From: an uncultured Planctomycetaceae bacterium
Lineage (GTDB): Bacteria > Planctomycetota > Planctomycetia > Isosphaerales > Isosphaeraceae
Direction: 5' to 3'
Assembly: GCA_963833985.1 (NCBI GenBank)
Contig: CAWIAD010000002.1
Span: 6,368,001 to 6,432,000 of the forward strand
Length of the DNA: 64,000 bases
Below the pieces are notes generated by a model that saw only the letters and a program-made list of their open reading frames with translations, had not been told where the DNA came from and did not search any database. Positions 11,401 through 21,025 of the stretch are shown piece by piece; within the stretch, counting starts at the first letter, position 1; every line of letters starts with the position of its first letter. Made by a program: the position numbers and the translations under genes.

Positions 11401-12474
11401 GAGTACTGACTCGCGGGCCAGGTTGAAGTCCAGGAGCATCGGCATGCCGTCGTCGATCACCAGCACGTTGCTGGGCTTGATATCACGGTGCAGGACTCCC
11501 CGGTCATGAGCATGGTCGAGCGCCTCGGCGAGGCGCGCACCCCACCAGGCGATGGCCTGGGCGAAGGTGCGCCGCGCGAGGGCCGTGCGGCAGGCCGCAC
11601 GCGCCTTGGCAGACGCGTCGGCCGGGTCCCCCAGCCGGTCGAGCGCGGCCACAAGTGCTGCGCCGGAGTGCGCCTCGCCGTCCTGCCCGACCTCGGAGAG
11701 TACGCGCGACAGGGTGATCCGGCCGAAGTAGGGCATGCAGAGCAGGTGCAACCCCGTGGCCGGATCGACCCGATGCGAGTACACCGGCACGATATGGGTA
11801 TGCTGGAGCCGGGCCAGCGCCTGGGGCTCGCGTGAGCCGCGTACGCTCACCTTCAGCGCCACGGGTCGATCGGCCAGTTGCCTCTCGCGCGCCAGGAAGA
11901 CGCGGGCGAACGCTCCTCGGCCCAGCTCCTCGACGAGGTAGAAGCCGCCGATCGTCTGGCCGGCCTCGGGGAAGAGGACGCGCGCGCAGGGCTCCAGCGC
12001 GGCCTGGGAGGCCGAGACCGACGAGCCCGGCAGAATCATCGAATTCGCGGCTGTGGCCGAGCCGATGAGGCCGTGAATGTCGAGCACCCGGCGGAGCGGC
12101 TCCGCCTGAGAACTGTAGCGCGCCAGGAAGGCTGCGGCATCCGGCTGCTGCCCGTTGTCCTCGAGCAGGCAGAATTCCTCGTAGATCAGCGCCACGACGC
12201 TGTCATCGCTGAGGTCGGGGAACCGGTCGAGGTACCACCGCGCGGTCACCCGCTCGCCGGCGTCCCAGCGCAGGGAGAGGTCGGTGCGGAGCACGGCCAG
12301 GCGCGTGCCGGCAAGCTGGCCGCTCGGCCCTTGCCGTGACAGGAACTCGCCGGGGTCCAGCCGCGAACCGTCGACCTCGGCCCGCTGCCACGCCTTCTCG
12401 TAGGCACGTGTGAGACGAAGCGCGTCCGGAGAGGACGCCTCCTCCCACGTCCGCCCCGACGCAGCCACGTTCAT
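8497..12474 (-). CDS. Ser/Thr protein kinase with TM helix and many C-terminal TPR repeats
   Basis: LGRGAFARV, VALK, HRDIKPSN, DFN, YMAPE; TPR-like helices. ATGA overlap with the upstream sigma factor stop. Confidence 0.92.
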   Translation of the reverse strand: MNVAASGRTWEEASSPDALRLTRAYEKAWQRAEVDGSRLDPGEFLSRQGPSGQLAGTRLAVLRTDLSLRWDAGERVTARWYLDRFPDLSDDSVVALIYEEFCLLEDNGQQPDAAAFLARYSSQAEPLRRVLDIHGLIGSATAANSMILPGSSVSASQAALEPCARVLFPEAGQTIGGFYLVEELGRGAFARVFLARERQLADRPVALKVSVRGSREPQALARLQHTHIVPVYSHRVDPATGLHLLCMPYFGRITLSRVLSEVGQDGEAHSGAALVAALDRLGDPADASAKARAACRTALARRTFAQAIAWWGARLAEALDHAHDRGVLHRDIKPSNVLVIDDGMPMLLDFNLARESVLVGEEGRAVDATLGGTVDYMAPEHLESLAEGISDRVDRRSDIYGLGVLLYEAVAGKKPFVPPRKTQSMIEALLHAADDRRHDPGYLFHGESDVPPPLRAVIKRCLEPDPDDRYQRAGELAADLHAIADDLSLRHAREPIVSRMSRRVRRNRRRLAGLAVLLLAGLAILGAYVNFAIERYDRFQEVRELLLSASHAIDQDEFKKAQFLLQNASHRAEHSELGTFHNLLKWETFWGFGGKLRRKLEKIWVDPDLEELKQAIRTKQFMAEEVLTAQEHADALLKQSHNLRFRLIGLGDDMPGAIAELQALLAPFRVLTARENWTSLQYGWALLDEERKTNVFREVNDLLFLWMVQVEISARTASARLGQGGAPASPMRLDDAVRTCDKILGFADPKEPWQALRALLEEHRRRSRGMPRGSVDALNQPRPQAILEGEPRHVGGVKSAPACFEWGLLCSSQGQTKRAIEWMQGAVWLKWENYWYQFYLAYLLDREGLADDALDHYSAAVACQPESPWVRFNRARLYRAKGRWSWALDDLMKARALMGKRPESLQVGLEIGYLHWSLGNFTQAANEYRAIIDADPNCDFARAARLNLANIDAESGREQRARATYETILKTRPDDAAARMSRANLSLRLGQPRAALQDLDLLLKPGVKLEDRDDVLATRAIAHLLLNLRGEAVDDARLAQQTRPGPAHERLLQRTLLAAGRLEELQLDRPEEILLLPAAGAGLTADLRSAAGELAVRAAGNRSVAYRALLNRAVILSVLGEHRTAVAETERAVAIAPLSPDVHLVRARILHRASQAARAMSEIDIGLNLKPDHPGLLDLRATILTEAGRPREAISWLEQSIALSPSAFAYLNKAAALVALQRYEEAVHECSMALRRDPELPQAYLSRARCYVNLLIWDRALADLEQAAAWAHGDLRLQIGIMVTYAQCLQERPDHKTRWLLLLERTFRQGWDVFTGTSVSTGAFR

Positions 12475-13079
12475 CCCCGCGACTCCCACTCCGACTCCAT
12501 CCGCCGCCGTAGTTCCTCGAGCACACGCTGAACGGTCCGCTCGCTGATTCCCAGCCGCTCGCCGATGTCACGGCTGGAGAGCCCTTCCGCCTTGAGCTCG
12601 AGTATCGATCGACGGTCCTGCGGCAAGAGCTCGCGAAGCTTCCCGAGCACCTCGCGCGCCTGGGCCAGCTCACTCGGTGAGTCGATCGGATCGGCAACTT
12701 CCTTGGGACGCCTGCCATCGCCCCAGAGGGGCTCCTCGCGATGCATATCCTGCTTCAGGCTGGCCGCCCGGCGATACTCGTCGATCACCTTATTCTTCGC
12801 AGCCCTCGCCAGAAACGCGACAAGGTGCCGGGAATCTTCGAAGTCCGTGGGAGCGTCCCGCATTCGCCGGAAAAAACTACCCCAGACGCTCTGTAAAAAG
12901 TCCAGCGAGTCGAACCGCGACCGCAGCAGTCGGGGGAGCTGACGGCGCACCACCAGCCTGACCTCCGGCTCGTAGCGCTGGAGCAGCTCGCGGGCGGCCG
13001 ATTCATCCCCGTTCTGAATCCGTTGCAGGAAACCCGGGAGATCGTTCTCCTCCCGCAACGGACGATCGCCGACGGTCAT
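12471..13079 (-). CDS. ECF sigma-70 factor (kinase-associated type)
   Basis: GDESAARELLQRY, RFDSLDFLQSVWGSFF, region 4 EGLSSRDIGERLGISERTVQR. AGGAGG RBS before the ATG at 13079. Confidence 0.92.
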   Translation of the reverse strand: MTVGDRPLREENDLPGFLQRIQNGDESAARELLQRYEPEVRLVVRRQLPRLLRSRFDSLDFLQSVWGSFFRRMRDAPTDFEDSRHLVAFLARAAKNKVIDEYRRAASLKQDMHREEPLWGDGRRPKEVADPIDSPSELAQAREVLGKLRELLPQDRRSILELKAEGLSSRDIGERLGISERTVQRVLEELRRRMESEWESRG

Positions 13080-13248
13080 CAAACGCCTCCTTGCCCGAAC
13101 CAGGTCCGGCGAACCTGGTCGAGCATCTCTTCCCTGAAAGTGAGATCGAGCTCGGCGTAGATTCAACGTGCACTCATCGAGCCTAACCCAAATCTTGACT
13201 CATTGCCAAGAGATGCTCGCGACTCGGAGCGTTCCAACCACTAAAAAG

Positions 13249-13263
13249 GCAATTCTCGTGCCG
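13249..13263 (-). promoter_or_regulatory. putative sigma-54 (-24/-12) promoter for the ECF-kinase operon
   Basis: Minus strand reads CGGCACGAGAATTGC, matching YGGCACG-N4-TTGC, about 170 bp upstream of the sigma factor. Confidence 0.6.
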
Positions 13264-13388
13264 CGCTCTCGACACGAGAAAAGCATGCAATCTCTGTCTC
13301 TCGCCGGGGCCACCGTTGCCCCCAGCTCCGCGCCGCGCGATAATCCGGCATCCCCGGACGAACAGGCCTGGACCTGGAGCCCGCGATC

Positions 13389-14774
13389 ATGCCCTTGCAT
13401 ACCTGGTTGCATGCCGTCCTCTGTGCCCTCGTGGGCCTGGTAGGTCTGGCCGCGCCGCGACCGGCCAGCGCCGGCCAGACGCCGGCCCCGCCGAAGCAGG
13501 GCCCGGCCGCCAGCTTACTACAGCCGCAGGCGGCGGAACTGCGGGCACTGCTCGACCATGAGATCACCGCCTTCTGGTACCCGCGCTCGGTGGACCGGGA
13601 ACACGGCGGATTCCACCAGAACTTCGCACGCGACTGGACGCCCCGGCCCGACGACGGCAAGTTTCTGGTCTACCAGGCGCGCATGACCTGGACGGCCGCG
13701 GCCTACGCCGAGTTCTCCGCGCCGCACCGCGCCGAGTTCCTGGGCTACGCGCGGCACGGGCTGCATTGCCTGGACATTGTGCTCCGCGATCGCCAGCAGG
13801 GCGGTTTCCACTGGGCAGTCGCCCCCGACGGCAGCGTTGACCCGAAACTTGGCGACGAGAAGCACCTCTACGGCACCTCGTTCGTGATCTACGCGGCCAG
13901 CAAGCTCCGCACCGTGGCGCAGGACGAGCTGGCACTCACGGTAGCCAGGGACGCGTTCGACTGGCTGGAGCACCATGCCCACGACGCTCAGTACGGCGGC
14001 TATTTCGAGGCCCTGCGCCGTGATGGAACGCCCATCGTGTCCCGGGATGAGAGCCTGCCGGTCGCTCGCCGCCAGGACCGCCTGGGCGTTTATTACGGCT
14101 TCAAGACAATGAACTCTCATATCCACATGCTCGAGGCGCTCACCGCGCTCTCGCGGGTCGATCCTCGCCCGGTCGTCAGGGAACGGCTCGACGAGGTCTT
14201 TCACCTGGTGCGCGACCGGATCGCCGTGGATCCCGGCGCGCTCAACCTGTACCTGACGCGTGACTGGCGGGCGGTTCCTGCGCACGACTCGTTCGGGCAC
14301 GACATCGAGACGGCCTATCTGCTGGTGGAAGCAGCCGAGGCGCTCGGCCTGGCCGATGACGAGCCGACCTGGAGAGTGGCCCGCAAGCTTGCCGATCACG
14401 CCCTGGACTGGGGCTGGGACGACGAGCACGGCGGGTTCTACGACAAGGGCGATTCGTTCGCAGCCGCGGCCTACGATACGACCAAGGTCTGGTGGACCGA
14501 AGCCGAGGGGCTGAACACCCTGCTGATCCTGGATCGCAAGTACGGCGGCCAGACCAGCCGCTACGCCCGCGCTTTCCAGAAGCAATGGCGCTTCATCCGT
14601 CAGCACCTGATCGACCCGGTCCACGGCGGCTGGTACCCGGAGACCCGGCGCGATGGCACTCCGCAAGGAGACCTTGCCAAGGCCAGTCCCTGGAAAGCCA
14701 ACTACCATACGTCGCGCGCCCTGATCAACGTTGTCGGCCTCTTGACGAAGCCGCCGGCGGTTTCTACTCCATGA
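13389..14774 (+). CDS. AGE-family epimerase (cellobiose 2-epimerase-like) with signal peptide
   Basis: [50 protein letters not shown]-terminal hydrophobic leader ending ASA. Confidence 0.88.
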   Translation: MPLHTWLHAVLCALVGLVGLAAPRPASAGQTPAPPKQGPAASLLQPQAAELRALLDHEITAFWYPRSVDREHGGFHQNFARDWTPRPDDGKFLVYQARMTWTAAAYAEFSAPHRAEFLGYARHGLHCLDIVLRDRQQGGFHWAVAPDGSVDPKLGDEKHLYGTSFVIYAASKLRTVAQDELALTVARDAFDWLEHHAHDAQYGGYFEALRRDGTPIVSRDESLPVARRQDRLGVYYGFKTMNSHIHMLEALTALSRVDPRPVVRERLDEVFHLVRDRIAVDPGALNLYLTRDWRAVPAHDSFGHDIETAYLLVEAAEALGLADDEPTWRVARKLADHALDWGWDDEHGGFYDKGDSFAAAAYDTTKVWWTEAEGLNTLLILDRKYGGQTSRYARAFQKQWRFIRQHLIDPVHGGWYPETRRDGTPQGDLAKASPWKANYHTSRALINVVGLLTKPPAVSTP

Positions 14775-14835
14775 AGGGTGCGAGCGGCGAGCCCGGCCTG
14801 TGCGCGCATCTTCGGCCGCCAGCTCTCGCGTCCAG

Positions 14836-15486
14836 ATGGGAGACGAGGTCTTGAGCGTTCAGGATTCCCGCAAGGACTACAGCCGCTTCCGCCTCGAGGA
14901 GACCGAGCTCGATCCGGACCCCATTGGCCAGTTTCATCGCTGGTTCGAGGAAGCGACGCTCTGCGAGGTGCCCGAACCGAACGCCATGACCCTGGCAACG
15001 GCCAGCGCCGCGGGACAGCCTTCGGCGCGCATCGTCCTGCTGCGCGGCTACGATGCCCGGGGTTTCGTTTTCTTCTCGAACTATGACAGCCGCAAAGGCA
15101 AGGATCTGCGGGTCAACCCGCAGGCGGCGCTCGTCTTCCACTGGCACGACCTGGAGCGCCAGGTGCGAATTGAAGGGATGGTGGAACGGACGGCGCCTGC
15201 CGAATCAGACGCCTACTTTCTGGGCCGTCCGGCTGGCTCCCGTCTCGGTGCGTGGGCCTCGCGGCAGAGCGAGGTGATCGCCGGCCGCGAGGTCCTGGAA
15301 CAGCGCGTTCGCGATCTCGAACTGGAGTTTGCCGATGGACCGATCCCCCGCCCCGAGAACTGGGGGGGATATCGCCTGGTCCCATCGGTGCTCGAGTTCT
15401 GGCAGGGCCGACCGAGCCGGCTGCACGATCGGTTGCGCTACACGCGGGCAGCCGGCCGCTGGGTCATCGACCGGCTATCGCCGTGA
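14836..15486 (+). CDS. pdxH: pyridoxamine 5'-phosphate oxidase
   Basis: [49 protein letters not shown]. Start could instead be the TTG at 14851. Confidence 0.95.
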   Translation: MGDEVLSVQDSRKDYSRFRLEETELDPDPIGQFHRWFEEATLCEVPEPNAMTLATASAAGQPSARIVLLRGYDARGFVFFSNYDSRKGKDLRVNPQAALVFHWHDLERQVRIEGMVERTAPAESDAYFLGRPAGSRLGAWASRQSEVIAGREVLEQRVRDLELEFADGPIPRPENWGGYRLVPSVLEFWQGRPSRLHDRLRYTRAAGRWVIDRLSP

Positions 15487-15566
15487 TGATCGAGGCGTCT
15501 GGGGGAGAGGCTCCCGGTTGGATAACAGGGGGCGGCACCGCCCCGACGGAAAGGGTGTGGGCTCGC

Positions 15567-16250
15567 TCAGCGTACGCGACGCCTGCGCACCTGGTAGACG
15601 CGCGCCAGTCCCAGCACGCCCAGCGCCGAGGCGCCGAGGACCAGGCCAGTCGGTTCCGGCACCGGCGAGGCCGCCGTGATGATGCGGATCTCGTCGATAC
15701 TGCTGTGCGTGTGGAACTGGACATCGACCGTGTCGCCGGAGACCCACACGACGTAGTCTTCGGTCTTACCGAATTCCAGGCCCCGTGTGCCATCTTTCGA
15801 GGGATAAACCGTGCCGGGCGCACCCAGGATGCTGTCGGTGCTGCTGAGCGACGAGCTGAGCACAATGATCCCCAGGATGGGCGACGAGAACGTGAGCGAG
15901 GCATTGTAAGTGCTGTTGCCGTTGGGCGGGTCGGAATGCAGGAAGTAGCTGTCAACCATCGTGCCCGCGGCAATGGTTCCCGGGGTCAGGCTCGATAGCT
16001 TCTGATAGGTGCCCTGGGTGCTGACATCCACAGGCAGGGCGCTCGAGAGCGTGAGGTCGGTCCGTTCGGTGAACGCGAAGATCGTGGTGTTGCTCTGGAG
16101 GTGGCCATTCAGCAGCGAGGCCGGCGGCGTGGAGAGCACGTCCACCTGTCCCGAAGTGCTGATGATTCCCGCCCTCGCATGCCCCCCGCAGAGACAACAC
16201 GCGGCCAGGGCGGCAGCCGCAATGAGCCGGACCTTGACATGGATCTGCAT
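15567..16250 (-). CDS. PEP-CTERM sorting domain protein
   Basis: Signal peptide ending ARA; C-terminal VPEPTGLVLG + TM + RRRRVR. Confidence 0.9.
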   Translation of the reverse strand: MQIHVKVRLIAAAALAACCLCGGHARAGIISTSGQVDVLSTPPASLLNGHLQSNTTIFAFTERTDLTLSSALPVDVSTQGTYQKLSSLTPGTIAAGTMVDSYFLHSDPPNGNSTYNASLTFSSPILGIIVLSSSLSSTDSILGAPGTVYPSKDGTRGLEFGKTEDYVVWVSGDTVDVQFHTHSSIDEIRIITAASPVPEPTGLVLGASALGVLGLARVYQVRRRRVR

Positions 16251-16602
16251 CTCGTTCCTGGGCCTTTCTGTGTCACAGACGCTTCTTGATATGTTTCACG
16301 GGACTGGTTTACCCGATATCAGAAAATACCGGAATGCTCCCCATGGTTCCTAGGTTTGTGCGTTTTTTTAGACCATTGAATCGCATTATGACGAAAAAAG
16401 AGGACATCCCTCGCGCCCTGGAAACCATTGCCACGACTCCTGAACGCGAGAGGGTCTGCGGTCTGCCGCGACATCTCTCCCGCTTGACCGGTCTTGACCG
16501 CTCAGTACAAACTATGCCGCTCGACCAGATGCACGGCGGGGTGGTCCCGAGGTGGCAGGGTTGAGCCGACCACGGGCTGACCGATCTTCAGGAGACCATT
16601 CG

Positions 16603-17037
16603 ATGACATTGAGGCTGAGCGTGGCGGGAGCGATTCTGGCCGGCTTGCTCGCAGTGGCTCCCCGGATTCATGCCGATGATGCGGCTATTGCGAAGGACCT
16701 CAAGACGCTCGAGGGCGAGTGGACCGTGAAGTCCGAGGGAGGCGGCGAGATCGTCTACAAGTTCAAGGGCGACAAGCTCGAAATCAAGGCGCCCAGCCGA
16801 TCGTACAAGATGACCGTGAAGCTCGACCCGGCGGCCAAGCCGGAGAAAACAATCGACTTCCAGATCGACGACGGCCCCGACGATGCCAAGGGAAAGACGT
16901 CCAAGGGCATCTACAAGTTCGAGGACGACAACAATACCTTCGTGTTCTGCATGCGCCCGGAAGGCGACCGTCCCGACAAGTACGAGCAGGTGGGCTTCGA
17001 GCAGATCCTGTCCAAGCTGAAACGAAAAAAGGCGTGA
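16603..17037 (+). CDS. TIGR03067-like planctomycete exported protein
   Basis: Signal peptide, DLKTLEGEW, KLDPAAKPEKTIDF, KGIYKFED, RPDKY. AGGAG RBS. Confidence 0.85.
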   Translation: MTLRLSVAGAILAGLLAVAPRIHADDAAIAKDLKTLEGEWTVKSEGGGEIVYKFKGDKLEIKAPSRSYKMTVKLDPAAKPEKTIDFQIDDGPDDAKGKTSKGIYKFEDDNNTFVFCMRPEGDRPDKYEQVGFEQILSKLKRKKA

Positions 17038-17183
17038 CGAGGGTTGGGAAGGTTGAACCACAAAAGGGGATATTGAACCACAAAGGGCACGAAGGCCACG
17101 AAGAGTAGGAACCCGGTGAGCGGTGCGTGGACGGCTGATGCCGCGAACCTGGTCTATGGGTGGGGTGAAAGCGAGAAACGAAT

Positions 17184-17238
17184 CGGCGGTTCGCGCGGGG
17201 CCCGGGCGATTTTCTCGTCCGGGCCCTGCGGACCGCCG
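17184..17238. terminator. long GC-rich hairpin between convergent genes (terminator or REP-like)
   Basis: CGGCGGTTCGC..GGGCCCGGGCGA-TTTTC-TCGTCCGGGCCC..GCGGACCGCCG; no clear U-tract. Confidence 0.4.
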
Positions 17239-17262
17239 GGTCCTTGAAAGTTGAATTCGTAT

Positions 17263-17450
17263 CTACCTGGACCGTCGCCGCCGATTCCAGGCGAGGCCCA
17301 ATCCCCCGATGAAAATCGCCGTCGAGCCCTGTGTGAGGGCCCAGGGCTCTGGAATGACCACAGTGATTGACCCATCGCTGATTCCGAATGGGATCAGAGA
17401 TCCGTCAAGTGCTGTGAGCAGGCTGTCCGGTAAGGCCGCGACGGAGAACG
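17263..17450 (-). pseudogene. 3' remnant of a PEP-CTERM protein gene
   Basis: ...DGSITVVIPEPWALTQGSTAIFIGGLGLAWNRRRRSR*. Upstream there is no signal peptide and the frame runs into a REP cluster. Confidence 0.6.
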
Positions 17451-17629
17451 TGCGTCCGAGCATGCCCCCAAGTCGCACGATTATCCGCTCATGGACGGTG
17501 GGCCGGCGCGCGCCTTTCGCATTCTCCGGCGACGGCCGCCGATGTGGCTCTAAGCAAATCCGCAGAAGTCTCTGGACAGGATTGCGGTTCGCTTGCCCGG
17601 GGCCGAGAGCCCTGCCTGGCCGCTCTCCT

Positions 17630-17746
17630 CGTGGGGTACGATTCCAATCGTGCCATTCCTGGTCCATCAGATCGAAGAGGTGACACGAATGGAATCGTGT
17701 TCCACGAAAAGATTGAGAAGTGACACGATTCCGATCGTGTCCCACG
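17630..17746. repeat. cluster of three REP-like palindromes (one inverted relative to the other two)
   Basis: CGTGGGGTACGATTCCAATCGTGCCA (17630), TGACACGAATGGAATCGTGTTCCACG (17681), TGACACGATTCCGATCGTGTCCCACG (17721). Confidence 0.8.
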
Positions 17747-17819
17747 AAGAGCGGCCTCCCGGTCATCCAGGATCGCATCGACCTGCTAAATGACTGTCAA
17801 AGAACGATTGCGAACCTGC

Positions 17820-20256
17820 TTAACCCTGATATTCGTAGGCGCCAATGTCCACCGTGCCACCGACGATGCGGGGGAAGCCCTTGCCGCGCTGATCGGTGGT
17901 CAGGCGTTTGCCCGTGGTGGGGTCGATGGCCAGAGCATTGCTGCCGGCGTTGATGGCCGGGCTGCCGGCCACCAGGGCGATGGTCTGGGTCGGGCCGCCA
18001 TTGTTCTGAAGGCCGTTGGGGTCGAGCCCCGGGTTGGCGACGCCGACCTGGTTGCCGTTGACGCCGTTGACCAGCCCGCCGGAACCACCGGTGCCGATCA
18101 GGTTATACGCGCTGGACGAAGAGACCGTGCCTCCCGGGGACACATCGATGTCGTCGGGAGTGCCTGCGCCGCTCGTGTTCAGGGCAATCAAGGTATTATC
18201 GAGAGTGAGTGATCCATAATAGATCAATATACCGCCACCCTCATCACTCCCGACAACTGTGTTCTCGGCGATGGTGCAGTTGACGACCGTCATCGTGCCA
18301 GCGGCAAGAAAGATACCTCCGCCGCCGACGGCATTTAAATTGCTGGTGGACGAGTTGCCGGCGATGGTGGAGTTGACGACCGTCATCGCGCCAGCGGCAA
18401 GAATGCCTCCGCCGCTGGAGGCGGACGTGTTGCCGGCGATGACGGAGTTGACAATCGCGCCAGAGCCATAGATACCTCCGCCACCGCCTTCAAAGTTATA
18501 GCCGGTGGCCGTGTTGCTGTCGATGGTGGAGTTCATGACCGTGATGGCGTCCGTGGTGCAAACGCCCCCGCCCGACCCGTCTGTACTATTGCCGGTGATC
18601 GAAGATCCGGTGATCGTTACCGTGCCGGAATTATAGACGCCGCCCCCGCCCGTTCCGACCGAGCTTTCCCCCCCGTTGTCGAGTACGTTGTTGGCGATGG
18701 TGGAGCTCGTGACGATGAGCGCACCGGTGTTATAGATGCCCCCGCCATCCCCGTTGAAACCGAGCGCCGGCCGAGTTATACTCGACGGTAGAGTCGATAA
18801 TGGTCATCGAGCTCGTGTTGGCGATGCCGCCTCCCCAGCTGGAGCTGTTGCCGTCGGAGCTAATAACGCCAGAGGAACCGATGGTGCAACCTCGGATCAT
18901 TGCCGTCCCCGATTCATTGGCGATTCCGCCGCCCACGGCATAAACTCGGCCGTTTCCCACGCCAGTCGCGTTGCCGTCAATCGTCGAGTCGGTGAGTGAA
19001 AGTGTGCCGAAGTTGTCGATGCCCCCACCGTTAAACCAGGACGAGTTGTTGTCGATCACGGCCTTGAAGGCCTTCAGCGTCCCTACGTTGTAAATTCCCC
19101 CGCCAGGGCCCAGCGTCGAGTTGCCCTCGATCGTGGAGCCCGTGAGGGTCAGCATGCCCTCATTGTCGACACCCCCGCCATTACCGCCGCCGTTCTTCAC
19201 CAAATTGCCGGAGATTGTCGAGTTGGTGACCGTCAGTGTTCCCGAGTTTTCGACGCCGCCCCCGTTACCGGGGTACAGGAGGGAGTTGCCCGATATGGTG
19301 GAGTTCGTCACGGTGAGCGTGCCGGAGCTGTCGACGCCGGCCCCAGCGGTGTCTGCCTCGTTATCCTGCACGGTTGAACCCGCGATCCTCAAGATGTTCG
19401 TATTGTAGATGCCACCGCCCTCAACGACGTCGGTTTCATTGTAGTTGTTGGCAAGGGATCCGTTGTTGTCGATCGTCGTGCCGGTCACCGCAAGCGTGCC
19501 CGCGTTGTAGATCCCGCCGCCAAGAGTGGAGCCCTGATTGAAGCCTCCGTTGTATTCAATCTCGCAGTTCGTCACGGTGACGGCGAATGTGCCGGTGTTG
19601 TAGAGGCCTCCGCCCGAGGCAGCGGCATCGTTCTCGTCGATGGTGGTATTCGTGACCTTGAGCATGCCCGAGTTGTAGATGCCCCCGCCGTTGCCCCCCG
19701 AGCCATTGCTGGCTGCCGCGGTGTTGCCCGTGATGGTGCTGTTCAGAACCGTCAACGTGCCAAGGTTGTCGATGCCGCCACCATTCGCCCCGGCCGTGGT
19801 AAAGCCTCCCGTGATCGTGAGACCGGCAAGCTTGGCCTGAACTTTGGCATCCACCGTCAGGATGCCGAAATCCGGGGTCTGCGAGTCGGTACTGCGAGTG
19901 ACGGTCAGATTCGCAGCACCCGGTCCGACGATATTCATGAGCCCGGTGGTGTTGCTCAGGTCGGGCAGCGCCGAGTTGAGCGTGATGGTACCGGTCACCG
20001 AGAACTTGATGGTGTTGCCGCCGTGGGTCTGGTCGGCCTGGGTGATGACGTAGCGCAGGTCTCCCGAATGACCGCTGCCGGCGCCCGCATCGCCCAGGCT
20101 GTTCACGGTCCAGGTTGTTACCGACAGCAAGGCCCGGACCTCGAGCGGTTCGAGCGCGAGCCTCCTGCGATGCGAGCGGTGTTCCGGCCGGGCGGTCAAG
20201 CCACGCTCGCTCTGATGCGTCAGACGCTGGGTTCTCGATCGAGAAATGACCTGCAC
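17820..20256 (-). CDS. large exported beta-helix (GGGIxN repeat) protein with C-terminal choice-of-anchor Q domain; one frameshift near 18765
   Basis: RRRLALEPLEVRALLS leader, many GGGIYN repeats, LQNNGGPTQT..GSPAINAG..TDQRG..DIGAYE. Repeats continue in another frame after 18765. GTG start with AAGGAG. Confidence 0.88.
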
Positions 20257-21025
20257 GATTCTTCTCCTTGATTTTGCGGCCGCATGAGCGAGTCGGCCGG
20301 TCCTGCCTCGGGTTGAGGGGTCAAGTCCACGCGCGAAGGCGGCGTGTGCGGACCGTGAACGGGTCGCGGCCCGGCGCAACCTGCGGAACAACAGCCGGCA
20401 ATCGCTCGCTGCGCCGGGGCCGTCCTGGCGTGACATCAACAGCCATCCGCGGGCCGTTCATGCCTGGTTCTTCAGCGCTACCGGCCCGGTGACCCGGGAC
20501 TCATCAGAGAATTTAAGAGTGTGGATGCAATGGAAGCGCGTTTCCGCACTCGCGCCGCCGATCGGCAGGAGGCGTTTTCTGTGCGTGGCGAACAGGGCGT
20601 TGCGATACCAAATGGATCGCCAGGGCGGCCACGGCGTGACCCTTGCCGGGGATTGCCTCTCGGAGCGAACCTTGCCTGCACGACCGCTGGCTCTATGCCA
20701 GGTGTTCAATCCGAGTGCACACGGCTGGCACACCCTCGTTTTCTTGAGCGTCAGCCTGGACCACCTGGGTCTGTACCTTAGATTCTTCGGTGTCAAAATG
20801 CCACGATGTTGCAGGATAACATCATAAAGCCATCAGTGAACCCATGGGTGTGTGCATGAAGAGCGGTTCGCTCCTTCTACAGTTCATGCGACTCGACGAG
20901 GCCTGCGACGGCGCCTGGCATTGGCAATCGCAGCGCCGTTGGGTTAATCTGACCGGGACTCGACCCGAGCCGACGAAACCGTCCGATCATCCGCCAACCC
21001 AACGACTTGAGAGACGCGGCCGACG

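Noticed and set aside
17053..17104. TTGAACCACAAA duplication and CACGAAG repeats
   Set aside because: Too short to assign; probably a fragment of a dispersed low-complexity repeat.
20368..20420. Hairpin in the leader of the beta-helix protein gene as a riboswitch
   Set aside because: Only a GC-rich stem, with no conserved riboswitch signature recognised.
20820..21025. T-box leader for thrS
   Set aside because: No T-box consensus or terminator/antiterminator visible.
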